Source of the DNA: Tubiluchus corallicola | Taxonomy: Eukaryota; Animalia; Priapulida | Direction: 5' to 3' | Assembly (NCBI GenBank): GCA_030141605.1 | Contig: JAQGDQ010000154.1 | Span: 372,001 to 436,000 of the forward strand | DNA: 64,000 nucleotides | Shown: positions 50,665-64,000 of the stretch, one piece after another | Layout of the letters: every line of letters begins with the position of its first letter | How positions within the stretch are numbered: the stretch's first letter is position 1 | Program-made: the position numbers and the translations under genes | Notes under the pieces: generated by a model | What the model was told of the DNA's origin: nothing | The model's input: the letters and a program-made list of their open reading frames with translations, nothing else | Database searches by the model: none

Positions 50665-51253
50665 TTAAAGGAAGACATGACAATTTTTTATACTACCCCA
50701 TTTTCAAGTCCAATAAAAATATGCACTTTAACAAAATCAATACTGAAAAAGCGTTTCTGATAATTAAATAATAGATTAAAAACTTAATAAACGGCGGGCG
50801 AGCCAAACTAGTGATGGTATCACAAACTAGCATAATTTTCAACAGCAAAAATATTTCACCAGCGTGTTGCACGTTTTTGCGAAAGCGTGAATCGAAGTAC
50901 AGTGCTACTGTAAGATATTCAGTGTGTTGTACTAAAACTAGGCAAGTTTTAAGATAACATTTCAAATTTACTGCTGTGCTCACGCATGAGTTGTCGAACG
51001 TGTGCAGTTCGTCAGAAACTAACACATCTGAACTGAGAGGTACTTTTTTGTGCAACACTTTCCGATATGCAGGCGCTAGTACCTGTCTAACTGTGTAACA
51101 ACGGAGAACTAGCGGCGAGAACGTGAAATTGTGTTTGCGCGGTAATAATTCTTTCACGTAAGTCATCTTTGAAAAAATAGTATGTTTACTTTCACTATTT
51201 TAGAGTAGATTGTTTTGACCTTCAGTTTAAGATTGGGTCTGGTTTTGCTTTAA
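50665..51253 (-). mobile_element. Kolobok-like family 1 copy with both TTAA ends
   Basis: TTAA-aggaagacatga ... tctggttttgct-TTAA. Confidence 0.72.
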
Positions 51254-53899
51254 ACACAACCACGTGTAGACAAAATAAATGAAAAGAATAGAAAATTCGT
51301 TTCCCAGTAAAACCATTAATCCAGACCCTGTGTATTCTCTTCTTTGCAAACTACCACAACACACAGATCTTTGTTCAATATAATTATGAATACGACGCAT
51401 ACATTTATTAGATTTTAGAATCAGACTTGATCAGAAAAGTGGCAAAAACGTTAGGACCCAGTCGGGGTTTGAACCAGGGATCATTGGAGTACACATTCAG
51501 CCGTTATCGACTAATTCGTGGCCAGTAAATTCAATTAGTTAGTCTTTTCACGCTTGAGAAACAAACTTGATGAATTTTGTAACTAATGTAGATTCCTGGG
51601 GTCTGAATAAGAAACTAGTCCTCACATTAGGCTACGTTTTAAACTAATTATTAGCTGACCATCTCCCCTCCCCCGCTCCCGTAAACAGAAAGCTGACCAA
51701 ATCCCTAAATCCATGACTTTGACCATGACAGAATGATAGAATTTATATAAATTCAAATTAGTCCTATAAGCGACTCTCTGATCAAATAGTGATGAACCCC
51801 AATTTCATTACCGACCAGAAGAACTATTGACAGAAAAAAGAGTGGCTTGCAGCTAACCCAGGTTCAATTCCTGTTCTGTGACCATTCTTCTGTCTCTCTA
51901 ATGAGTTTATTTTCCCCGCAATGATAAGTTACTAACGATAGTAAAGTTCGCCAAAAACAATTGCATGCGATTCTGCTTAGCTTGACATACTTTACCATAA
52001 GCTTTTAAAAGTTTGAATGCTCCTTTAAATCGACCTTAGGTTGATCTCACGGGGCAATCTCGGATAATCGAACTTAACTCTTTCGTGCTTTTTGCACCAA
52101 ATAGCTGCTGAACATTTAGTTTTTTTGTCATTTATAGCAATCGTTATATACAGAAGAAGGTTAACAAACTTAATAATGTAAATGTTCAAAGCCAACAGAT
52201 GCTTGAGTTTGATTGCCTTAATGAGTTAAATGTTGTGTTTACGTAGACTCTTAACTCACTCTGTGTAAACAGCATAATAACTTATTACTCAACCAAGACA
52301 AACAATGTTATTTTGCAATTGGTTGGAAGGCGTCAGACAGAGTTGTGTAGCAGCAGCGCTATAGGCATTCCAATATTAGCATAGTCAGAAATGAAAATAT
52401 TACGTGGTGTATCGGCGTCGCCTTGCGTAGAGGATCGTTTATCAACACTTGCTGCCGAATTTTGCCGGAATTGATCAGACAAATTAGATTTCAACAACAT
52501 TCCGACGACGTCGGATTCGATTTGTTTTTTTTTCAGTCAAGTCAACAGTTACGAACTATTTTAACATCATTTCAAAGTTTGTGTATTGGTATGCAGCTCA
52601 ACTCTGAGGCTTTAACTCGTTCTTACTGTAATTATTTCTATGTTATTAATTATATTTAATTATTAATTAAAATCAAAAAAGCGTGTGGACTTTTATATCC
52701 ATTGTAGTAGTACTAATTTGCAAAATGTTAAAATATTGGCAATAAACTATAAAAGCATTAACATTTAATAATATTAGGTAGAGTAGAGGTAATTGCTTCT
52801 CCTTCGTTTATGAACTTATTTCTCGCTCGTTACATAAACATTATTTACTTATAAGTTTCTTTGTGTTCTATATATGCACAAACCCTACTTATTTAAAGTT
52901 ACTTTTTTTAATTATTCAGAGCATTTTTCTTAGACGATTTCGTTAGCTTTGTATAAAATATTGATAAGTATACTTATTTAGTTGCTAGGTGCACTAGCTA
53001 AGCTTTGTCTAGTGCCATCAAAAAGATCCCAAATATCTGTTAATTCTATCAAAACTGCTGACATACAATGTAACCTGATTTTAATAAAAACTAAAATGAT
53101 ATTTTACTATACGACGTTTATTGAGATCCGGTATTACAATTTACAATTTCCGTGCATTCCTGAAAGCTGATTGGTCTTTCTCAACCCACGGCTGAGTTTA
53201 CACCGATTTAATGTCAGGAAATGTGCGCGAATGATATTTGTAGAACTAAGTTTTTTAATAATAACAATAACAAATGCAGTTTCTGTCTGCCTCTTTCATT
53301 TTTACTTGAACCTGTTTACTTTAACCACCGTTTTGCGCAATAATTTGGGAAACATTTTCTTCATAAGTTCCATCAACGGCATCAATACATTGTATATTAG
53401 TGGTTTCGCAGCGGCAAGTCGGTGCCAAAATGGCAAAAGAAAACATAGAAGCCAATTAGCTATTTGTACAAAAGCCCTGCAGCCAATACAAGCTTTCTTC
53501 AAAGAATAACCATCTATTGCTTGTCTTAGACGCTTCAAAAAACAATCAGTCACAAATTGTAAACAGTAAACAGTGAACAAATTTCTTACATTGAAATTCC
53601 TGCCGCATGGTTATTGAAAACATTGCCAACGACAAGTTTGACTTATAATAGACCTGCTGGTTGTCTTTGTCGCTGCTGTTGCTCTTGCTGCTGCTATTGC
53701 TGATGGTTTCGCTGCCACCGCCATGCCTACTGCTACTGCTGCTGCTGATAGTGATGATGATGTTTATATGTGCTTGTAATACGCTTGCTATTCGCGTTAT
53801 TATGCTGAATGAACTCCTGTTACATTTTGTTGTTGTCATAGTTAATATTGCCGCCGCTGCGAACACCACCACCACCAAAAAAAAAACAATGGTGCTGTT

Positions 53900-54127
<228 letters not shown>

Positions 54128-55449
54128 TTGTACTCTCAACAGCTGCGATATGCAGAAGCAAGGTCAACATTGCCATAATGAATCATTGTCTAGTCTCTCC
54201 CGCTAGCAAAAAGTTTGATTGGATTCATCTTTCATTGACCGTAGAAATACAATGCAAAACGTTCTCAGGTACACACGAACGGTATATTACAGATCCTCAA
54301 AGGTCTCCATTTTGAGTATGGATTCACGGGTAACTAAAACATTGTACAAATAGAACCTTTAGTGTTTATCACGCAGAAACTATAATGCACCTTTTGCAAC
54401 CTATTTACAATTTATATTACAAACGTTAACGAAACGACACACAAAAACACAAGTTTTAAAATCTCACATCATTTCACGTTCAGTGTTCCTAAATTGGCAT
54501 AATTTTTTGGGCTACTAAGGTGCAAAAAGTGGAAACTTCTGTGTGCAGGTAGAGTCAAAGATTTCTATAACAAAAGAGGTCTTATAGTGGTTTCTGGTTT
54601 TGCACATGATAGTAATTTTTTGCTTGGTGACATTTGAATTATGGTGAGAAAGAATTAGTCATTTTCATGTACAACCTAACGTTAAATATTACAAATGAGT
54701 GATTATCTAAAGATACAGTTACTGCATGAGGGCAAAATTCAAATGGCTTTGACGAATTTAGAAATGTCGAACCATTAAGATTGAACCTGGATTTGAGTCT
54801 GGCATACTAGGTACGCAGATTATATTATCTGTTACCAAAACCGAATCTTCTACAGTATAAAGTAGATGCCTTGAGGTGTAGTTTAGGCCATAATTAATGA
54901 AATTTTGATTGGACCACCATAATTAGCACATAATTTGTAATCAGAAGGTAAGTATCACTAATGATTAGTTGTTGGTTTTTGTGTGTGTAACCAGCATGTT
55001 ATTCTCAGCAGGTCACGCGTCACGAGGATCACGTTTGTACAGCTCATTAGATGCGTTCTGTAACCTCTGGTCTGCATGTCAGCCCATTAGTGGCTGCCCC
55101 ACTCGGCGGGCACTGTTAGCTTAGCTGGACAGGAGCGTGCACAAATTAGCCAAACGAGCCGAAAAATTCCGCAGCTTCATCCTGTACTGAGCTAATTTAC
55201 CTCCCCTTCCGACAAAGCCTTCATCCTTGTTGTTAAAGATGGCGGTTCCCAAACAAAATGTTACTTCCTTAACTCGTTATAACATAAGAAGTCCAGGAAA
55301 CACCATTACAGTCAGTGGAACTTTGTCTTCTCAAATTGTTCAAGTAGATAATGTTTATGCTTTTGATCTTTTAGTTGTTGCCGTTGAACGCCAAAATATA
55401 GTCTGTTAAAATTTTATTAAAAATTCCTGTTTTATCTCACTGTCAAACC

Positions 55450-55980
55450 TTAAAGCGAAGGACAAGTCACTTAGCATACTGGGTTTATTTTACTGTTATC
55501 ACTTAAATTTAGAAAAATATAACAAAGAAATTTTCAAGAAATTCTCTATAGAAGCACAAAGTTAATTTATACAACATCTGTATAGAAATTTCCAGGCGCG
55601 GTGGTAGCCGCCGTTTACTTGCAAATTACGACGTAATTGGTGGACTTCGTGATTTTCCGTAAACAGGTCGTGGCTTTCCGTAAACGTGAGCTTTGCTTAA
55701 ACTAATTTAAACTTCTGCAGCTAAGCTAATATTCATGTCGCAAAAAAGCTATATAATTTCTTCTGAAAACTTATTATACTTTTGACGGAGACTGACAGTG
55801 CGATGCTTTTCTTTAACCGACGTCACTGGAGGAAGAATGGTTGTTCAAAATGGAAACGTTCAAGTATGAAATAATCGTGACTTACACGGTGTAATTACTA
55901 ATTACACGATGCGCTTCTTACTTTTTGATTACTTAATTCTTCTAATATTTTTCGCTGACCTTGAAATACACCCTAAAGGC
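55450..55980 (+). mobile_element. TTAA-flanked family 2 copy, right boundary approximate
   Basis: TTAA-agcgaaggacaagtcacttagcatactgggtttattttactg; colinear with the 49106 copy. Confidence 0.62.
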
Positions 55981-58125
55981 TTTCCAAAATACATTAGAAG
56001 TTATATGAATTGTACTATAACTGAAAAAAAGTAACTGGGTAGCTGGTTTGTTTCAATGATTAAAAGGTCGATGCCTGTCCACTTAGTTTAGGTCCTACAT
56101 TTTACCAAACTTCTTTTTCAATAGCAGGCAAAATTTTTAATGGTTCAACATTTAAAGACAAAGCAAAGATTTGATATACACAGAGAGAAAGTAAGAACGT
56201 GCTACCATGCAAACAACTGAAATAGAAAGAAGCATCAGCAAAGAGTGAGAAATGAGAATCAGACGGAGTCAGATCAGCTTTTCTGGAAATAATTTTTTTT
56301 TGGTTTAAATTATTTTGCAATTTCCAAAACTCATGCTGAACTTCTGCAACAATCACATAATAAAATAAACCTAAACTGTAGGCCTTAGTTGGCTTTTTAT
56401 AGTAAGTTAGTAATTTCGTTGTTATAGCTGTTCATTTTAAAACTTATAGGGTAAATTCTTACGACGCATTTAGACCAATGATACATTAAGTTAGTAAAGC
56501 TTATCTTGCCTGAAAACTTAAACGTAGAACATTTAAATAAATCTTTTATCTTTGTACAGCATGCATAATACGTATATACAAACTCTGATTGCAAAGCTGA
56601 CACTTTCCTATATTAAACAGTCGAGCAAATTTTGTTCTTAAGCTATTCAAGAATTATTAGAATTTTAATGCTTGAAACATTACTAATATTATAAAGATTA
56701 GATTGTTTCAAATTCTTGGAATCAACATTCGCGCTGCAATAAATATAGAAATTTATTTATTTGTTTATTGATTTATTATTTAATAGGTAATCCTTATTTA
56801 AAACAGAAATATTTAAAAAATATTTACAAAAAAAGCATAAAATGTGAAAGAGAGATAAATTGTATATACAACACAGAAAAAAACTACAGAAGAAAAGGCC
56901 AGTCAAGAGATTATGGATAAAAGCACAAAGATCTAAGGCTACTTACACGTGTCTGTTAGAAGATAAGTGATTATTTAGATTTAGACCTTTTAAATGCCAG
57001 TAGCTTGAATTTTTTTATCAATTTTTTAATCCGTTTCTGAACTTATTTTACAAATTATTATCCTTCGCCTGCAACTCAGTCGTCGGCATGCATATTATTC
57101 TACTTATGCATATCTAGCTAACTGATGTTTTGAAAGTTTTGCTAAACATATGTTTCGCTGATGTTTCTGCCAATTAGTAGAAACCTCTAGCTGAGATGGC
57201 GTTTGTTTAGCGCATTGAATAGCGGGCAGGCAACTAACCTGATACCAGCGGTAAGGGGCGGTTTTATAAAAGAGATTCCTTATTTCAGAATTATGATTGT
57301 TGATGAGTCATCAAAATCCTAACAGAGTTTGCAATGTTTTTAACTCAGTCTGGTGAGCATTTGAAAATGTTTGGCTTCGATCCAGCTTTGTTACCGGTCT
57401 GCTTAGGTAAAAAGGGCAAGCTGAAGGCAAAGCTGGACGCTGACCTCTGAAGGTTACCGTGCGGGTTTCTATTAAATCAAGCTTGCATTCTTTGATAATT
57501 ATTGCACAAACTCTGCCAGGATGCACTGATTTAACATACATGTTATGAGGCATGTTACGTACAGAACATTTCTTTTTTAGTTTTATTAATTTTCTCTGTA
57601 ATTTTTTCTTGCTTTCTTTACCTTTATTCTCTCTTTCTTTTTTCTTCCTTTTGTTCATCATTACCGTCATCATCATAGTCATCATCATCGCCGTCGTTAT
57701 CGTCGCCGTCATCATCGTTTTAAAAGCTTTGCTTTCACTTGTGTTAACATATATTAGTACAAAACGTGTTGAATGCGTAACACTGGCTGAAGAAATTTCT
57801 TAGCTCTGATGACGAAGACTAGTGATTTGTACAACTGCTACGAGCAATTAAATAGCTAAAAAAATTATACACGAACTATTAGTAAATAAACAATCTTTCA
57901 AGTGTTAAACAGCCACTTGCACGATGTAATTGCTATATTGTAGTTTTATTTGGCCGACTTAAAATAGATTGGCTATAAAAGTAGAAAGAGCGAATGCTTC
58001 CTTGACAATGCAAACACGCTGTAAAACAGCCAGAGGATGAGAGTAAAAAAAGTGACGTCAATATGCAAAATAATTTGTAGACATATAAGCAGCGGTAAGC
58101 TACAATGGTTTTAGATCTGGTTCAA

Positions 58126-58838
58126 GGACATTTGGGCAGTGACATTTGGGCCGTATGATATTGGATAGTGACATTTGGGCAGCGGACAGTTGGGCAGTGG
58201 ACTCTTAGACAGTGGAGAGTTAGGCAGTGGACACTTGAGCAGTGGACATTTGTACAGTAGGCTATTTGGGCAGTGGACATGTAGGCAGTAGGCCATTTGG
58301 GCAGTGAACATGTAGGCAGTAGGCCATTTGGGCAGTGAACTTGTAGGCAGTAGGCCATTTGGGCAGCGGACATTTGGGCAGTAGGTCATTTAGGCAGTGG
58401 ACATGTAGGCAGTAGGCCATTTGGGCAGTGGACATTTGGGCAGTAGGTCATTTGGGCAGTGGCCATTTGGGTAATAGGTCATTTGGGCAGTGGACGTGTA
58501 GGCAGTAGGTCATTTGGCAGTGAACATTTGGGCAGTAGGCCATTTGGGCAGGTTACATTTGATTTTGGGCAGTGGGCCATTTGGGTAATAGGTCATTTGG
58601 GCAGTGGACGTGTAGGCAGTAGGTCATTTGGCAGTGAACATTTGGGCAGTAGGCCATTTGGGTAGGTTACATTTGATTTTGGGCAGTGGGCCATTTGGGC
58701 AGTGGACATTTGGGTAGTAGGCCATTTGTGCAGTGGACATTTGGGCAGTAGGTCTTTTGGGCAGGGAACATTTGGGCAGTAGGCCATTTGGGCAGTGGAC
58801 ATGTAGGCAGTAGGCCATTTGGGCAGACAGGACATTTG
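58126..58838. repeat. Complex 15-17-bp tandem array (ggacatttgggcagt / aggccatttgggcagt) with a higher-order duplication
   Basis: Read directly; the block at ~58453-58575 recurs about 115 bp later. Confidence 0.9.
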
Positions 58839-60359
58839 TGGATGATGTCTAGTGTCGACTACCCAAAACCCTACTGTCTAGGTCACTAGGTTTGAACCAC
58901 ATGCTTTTGTTTTTAAACTGGCTTCTTTTGCCTTGTGACTCACCGCCGGCATAAATCCTTATTTCACCTTAATAATTTCTATCGGAATTTGAAGAAGAGC
59001 GTCTATACATGTTGCCGGCTGTATAAATATGAAGACTAGAGATAACAAACGTTAGGAAGCCCCACTGGGAAAATTTATACTGGTTCTCATTAGCCGAATA
59101 AAGGAAGTTGATCCCTGTAAAATACCAAAAACTGCTCTGTGGTTATCAAATTCCTAAACGATATCATTGCCCACTGTTGTCACAGTCACTGTAATCTGGA
59201 ATAGTTTTACTAGTTAAACACACTCCTCCATTTTGGTTCTTTTGACTTGTAGCTCATATGCAGACAGAGATTGTTCAGTTGACTTCACTCTGCCTTAGGC
59301 TGTATTACTTTTCGTTAACTTCTTTGCAATCTAGTAAGTGTGTAATTATCATCTGTAATCGTGACTGTCACCGTCGTCTTCATAGCAGCATCATAATTAG
59401 TTGGCCGAAGCAAGTTCTGTAGATGCGCTTTTGTTTTGTTGCAGAAATTGACGAAATCTTGTTATTGTCAGCTTGCAAAACTAGATATCGTCAGTATAGC
59501 AAAAATGAATTATATTATTTTGCATTTTAAGCCTTAATTTATTGTTTTAATTTGTGAGCGTTACAAGTTTCAAACTTGCATCGAATTGCGCCTTGTGAAC
59601 AAATGTTTTCTCTGCGTAATGTAAATCAGCGTAAAATAAACTTGATTATTTACTTAGGCACTTATACACTGTTGTGCTTTTAGATCTTATACTTACCAAA
59701 TTGTGACAACTAGGGCATTTTTGAAGAGTACAGTGCAGCAAATGACAGTTCTACAAACAGTTTCACTGAAGTTATGAAGAAGTAATTTATTTGCTATATA
59801 TAGGTATTTTACATATATATAACTGAAACATCCACATTTATCATCAGACTGTGAGTTTTTATCCTAGTGGAAAGTTAGGAAAGTGGTTTGCTTCGTAAAC
59901 TGATATAATGCAAAATGAAGATTAGGTGTTCATCTCTGGCTTCATTAGTGGTTTCTTTGACTGATCTAATCAGAAAGTGTCATGATTTTGCCACATGCAA
60001 GGTTTTTTGGTCTTATCAGTTATTCTGGCTAAAATACAGCAATAAATAGCTCAACGTTACATCATTTTGTAGTTTGCAAGAACAATAAGCAGTTGATTGT
60101 TTTTCTAGTCAGGAATAACGAATAATGAATGGCTAATGAATAGTATAAAGAATACCTAATTATTTTCATTGTAGTAATTTGAAAAAATACGTTCTGATTC
60201 TTAATGAATAAGTACAAGATGCATGAACATCAAAAGACAAAGAGAAAGACAAAAACAAAATTTATTTATTTTGTTCATTTAACAGACACACCTACACTTA
60301 CATACAGATATGGTTGCAACACACAAATAACGACTAACATGTTGGGTATATGCCCGGGC

Positions 60360-60438
60360 GTTGGTAGTCGCTAGTCTCGAACTCAAGACTGCGTAGTTGC
60401 AGTCCGAAATCTAAACCACTCGGCCATCCCACCCCGTC
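60360..60438 (-). mobile_element. tRNA-derived SINE head or tRNA pseudogene
   Basis: Reverse complement gggtgggaTGGCCGAGTGGtttagatttcggactgcaactacgcagtcttGAGTTCGAGACtagc has Pol III A and B boxes at tRNA spacing; no clean acceptor stem. Confidence 0.5.
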
Positions 60439-61019
60439 CTTAATTGATTTCGAGAAACCCTGCATTATTTTTTCATTATAATCACAAGAAACTGTAAAAG
60501 GAGGTCTTGCATGCATGCATGTCATGTATGGGTTCATTAAATTTTTCTGTAAATCGGTTGGAATAAAATAAGAAATAGAAAACTGAATAACGTTTTAAAC
60601 ATTAACAAAATGCAGGTTTTTAGCAGACCATTCTACACAAAACCGTAGTAAATTAAGCACAAATCCATTTAGTAATTACTGGGTGTTGCAACAGAAGGAG
60701 TGCATTAGGAATAGGACAGGCTATAAAAATGAAGCTGAACTTTTGCATTACGATAATTACGTAAAATTAACATTATTTTTACGCTATTGTTTCAAATTTC
60801 CTACCATATAACTCGTATGACCAGTTGACCACACTTGGTAATATTGATGTTTTTTGGTTTGTTACTGCATTGTCTTTTTTGGAAATCATTGTTCAACTAC
60901 CTATACTTCTCCGTATTTGGTAAATCATAGAATGACTCGTCAACATAAAATGTATTTTATGTCTTAAAGCGGATGATGTGTCGGTATTGGCAAAAGCATG
61001 TCATTAGCCGAATTCTCTT

Positions 61020-61552
61020 TCGTTTTTGAGTTTTTGAAGGGGTACCAAGTTCTTATTAATGCTTTTTCGTGTTTTTTTGGGAGAGCAGCAAGTTCTTATT
61101 AATGGTTTTTGTGTTTTTGCACGGGCAGCAAGTTCTTATTAATGTTTTCTCGTGTTTTTTGGGAGAGCAGCAAGTTCTTATTAATGTTTTTTCGTGTTTT
61201 TGGACAATTAATAAATTCTTGTAAATGGTTTTTCGTGTTTTAGAGAGGTGCCAAGTTCTTATTAATGATTTTTCGTGTTTTAGAGAGGTGCCAAGTTCTT
61301 ATTAATGATTTTTCGTGTTTTAGAGAGGTGCCAAGTTCTTATTAATGATTTTTCGTGTTTTGGGACAATTAATAAATTCTTGTAAATGGTTTTTCGTGTT
61401 TTTTGAAAGGGTACCAAGTTCTCATTAATGATTTTTTGTTTTTTGGAGGTGTACCAAGTTCTTATTTATGGTTTTTCGTGTTTCTGAAGGGTACCAAGTT
61501 CTTATTATTGGGGTTTTCGTGTTTTTTGGAAGGGCGCCAAACTCTTATTAAT
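61020..61552. repeat. ~40-bp minisatellite, ~13 copies
   Basis: Unit gtgccaagttcttattaatgatttttcgtgttttagagag. Confidence 0.9.
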
Positions 61553-63019
61553 ATAGTAAGGCGTAAGGATTACATAGACTACATTTTTACTGCGTTAAGA
61601 ACACTTGTTAAAAGTTTTCACAGACAGAATTACCTGACGGTGGCTAAGCAACACGGACTTTCCTTGGCCAATTACCGTAATCCTGTAATTAAGCGATCAT
61701 GATCATTTAAGACCGAGTCAAGATAAAGAGGTACTGAAAAGAGGAGCAGAACTGTTTCCTCTTTCTTAATTATAAGAACAGTTGTATACAATTATCACAT
61801 AGTAAGACAATGTGTCTAGAAACCATGACGCCATTGCGTTCTATTGTAAGTCTATTAATGACGATAACATCTCATTTCTGTAGTCCTTAGATGCATTCAC
61901 TTCTTAGTAAATAAACTCCCATGTATTTATATTTAACTAAAACTAATCTTGAAGTTAGTAAAAATTTTATTTTAGACTTTATTTACTTACAATATTTTTC
62001 GGTTTATTTGTTTTGTACTGCTAGTAAGCTTATAATTATACTAGAGAGCAACATACAGGGTGTCTAATAATGTTAATTATCACTAAATTTTTTAACTAAC
62101 CAAAGCCGTTCTTTATTACTGAAATTAAAAGAAACACAACGATGTGTTTTTAAGATGAAGCGGTAATAATGAAAATGCGTGTGTCGTTAAAATCAGACAT
62201 TTTATTGCTAAGTCAACTAGCCTGCTTATATCGTTATCAGCAAAATTGTAAATTAAACACAAATGAAACTTGAAATGAATAGTTTTACGTATCAACATAG
62301 AAGTTTAGATTGATTTTATATTTAGAAGACAATGAATTGTCCTATAGATAAAACGTTGTCATTAATTGTGAATTGCAAAAGCGCGCTTGATGAACCACAA
62401 GTTAACAAAAATGTTGTGGTCATGAACTAAAAGTAACGTAAATAAGCATAGAGACAAAAACTCCTAAAGCAAAGGGGAGAATTCCCAGGAATTCCCATCT
62501 TCACACATCAGGCTACACGTACTGTTATTTGTTTTGAACGAAAAGCGTGAAATGAAAAAAAGTTGGTTATCAAAGCGTTAAATTTAGCTTGAAAATCAGA
62601 TAGAGCTCTTCAGAGACTTGCCCTGGTCAGAATCATAAAAAAGACAAAGTGCCCTTTAAATCTCAAAAACTTTTCCCCCATAAGCTTTCGTCCTTCGTCA
62701 GGCGAAAATCTTACGGCGTTAAATTTAATCTTTTTTTAATTTAATTTAAATAAATTGATGTTATCATATTACAATATTAAAGATTAATTTAATATAAAAT
62801 TATAAGAATTTTCACTTTTATTTGATTCTAAATAAATAACACGAAATCAATCTTAAATAATAACTTTATAGTTTATCTTTTCATCTAACACAAGGACTTG
62901 TTCGACTAAAATATTCTAAGAATTTAAAAATTATGTACAAGTTTTTGATGAAATTCGTTTTAGTAGCAATTTTGTGTTCTGAAAACCACCAAGTAAAACT
63001 TCCTCCACAGTCATTTGTC

Positions 63020-63372
63020 AATCAGCAAGTGCAGTAAGGCAAGCATTGCTGCAGCATCCCCACGCGGCTGCTAATCTTCCTCCCCTACACGCATGCCTCT
63101 TTTTGACTGACAGCTCCTCCGTTTAATTCTCCAGTAAAGGGGCGGGGGTTGAGGAAGTACAGACAATAACTTATTACAGGAGATACAACGTGTATAAATT
63201 TGTGACCCGAGCAGCAAACTGCGTTATCGAATCGTCTTAATTTCGCCGTGATTATGTGCGGCAGATTGCTGCGTGCTGCGTGCGTAGAACACGCAATTTG
63301 AACGCGGAAAACAGATCTCGGCGTTTATAAATGTTTTTGCCACAGAGGGGACTCAATTGACAATAACGGATC
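63020..63372 (+). promoter_or_regulatory. Candidate promoter and 5' UTR of the Vsx-like gene
   Basis: Local rise in GC and CpG; GC box ggggcggggg at 63139-63148; TATAAA at 63193-63198; about 180 bp upstream of the ATG. Confidence 0.45.
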
Positions 63373-63829
63373 ATGCTGATTGCGTCGTCTATGAACCATT
63401 TTGGGTCCAGGTTAAGCGAACATTGTGCGGGAATATCTCAACCTTCACCACCCACGACAATGCAACGTTCACCTTTTGCTATACAGGAGCTGTTGGGACT
63501 GGCTGGCTCACAACACAGCAGTAGTTCAGAACACACACGGAGACCTGAACCCACCTTACCAATGTGTTCGGTATCTGCCGTGTCCAACGTGTACTCGAAC
63601 ATACCGGTATCTTTAGGCAGTCATCAGTATACGGGTTTTCATCATGACCCGTCACAGTCATACTTTGCCAAACCGCCGGGTTTTCTGCCGAATTTTAGCT
63701 CACCGTCATCGCTGCCAGCCGTTCACGGAGCCGTTCCGAATCAGTCCATACTAACCTTAGGAGGAACGGGTTCACTCGGTGCCCATGGAACGCTGGGCTC
63801 TCTTCATAGTCAGTCAAGAACGGGGAACG
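63373..63829 (+). CDS. Vsx: First coding exon of a Vsx/Chx10 (paired-like:CVC) homeobox gene; homeodomain lies beyond the window
   Basis: ATG in context ggatcATG; eh1/octapeptide QRSPFAIQELLGL as in protostome Vsx proteins; Ser/Pro/His-rich N-terminus; strong donor g|gtaagt at 63830. Confidence 0.75.
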
Positions 63830-64000
63830 GTAAGTTGTCAGTTTTAATATGCATACTACCGATATATTTCATGAATTATTTGTAAAATATCTTATTTTAT
63901 AAATTATCCTGGTGTAGTGTTCAAGCAAAAAATATATCCAATGCACAAAAGTGATTCGTATGTAAATGATTTCAAACTCTATAAAACAATAAACTATCAC

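Noticed and set aside
50693-51166. 157-aa minus-strand ORF
   Set aside because: Lies wholly within a Kolobok-like family 1 copy; no recognisable domain and no equally long ORF in the other copies
51455-51525. tRNA-like fragment on the minus strand (ggttcaaacccc B box)
   Set aside because: A box and cloverleaf are too degraded; probably an old SINE remnant, not a tRNA gene
58111-58835. Cys/His/Pro-rich ORFs resembling zinc-finger repeats
   Set aside because: Produced by the 15-17-bp tandem array in several frames on both strands; no true C2H2 spacing
62680-62705. Minus-strand CTGACGA-aggac-GAAAGCTT hammerhead-like core
   Set aside because: Only 5 nt between the core boxes, so stem II cannot form; at most a deleted remnant or a chance match

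Overview
AT-rich eukaryotic (invertebrate animal) genomic DNA with spliceosomal introns; no prokaryotic features are present. (1) 1-1214: 3' end of a CR1/L2-type LINE with an open reverse-transcriptase frame and an (ACT)n tail. (2) 1635-24484 (+): 16 GT-AG coding exons that splice in frame to about 1306 aa of a TECPR2 orthologue (N-terminal WD40 propeller, acidic linker, tectonin repeats, C-terminal LIR EDEWEVL*). Its start exon was not found and probably lies upstream of the window. (3) About 39 kb with no convincing host gene, holding micro- and minisatellites, non-autonomous DNA transposons (two TTAA-flanked Kolobok-like families), a decayed Penelope-like element ending in a minimal hammerhead ribozyme, and homeodomain-site-rich islands that may be enhancers. 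(4) 63373-63829 (+): first coding exon of a probable Vsx/Chx10 homeobox gene (RSPFAIQELLGL octapeptide); the homeobox is beyond the window. Nearly all other ORFs in the track are repeat artefacts or shadow frames. I found no clearly new biological system. The best leads are the hammerhead-bearing Penelope remnant, the TECPR2-Vsx adjacency with its candidate regulatory landscape, and a 920-bp foldback element in the last TECPR2 intron. Homology calls come from remembered family motifs, not from database searches.
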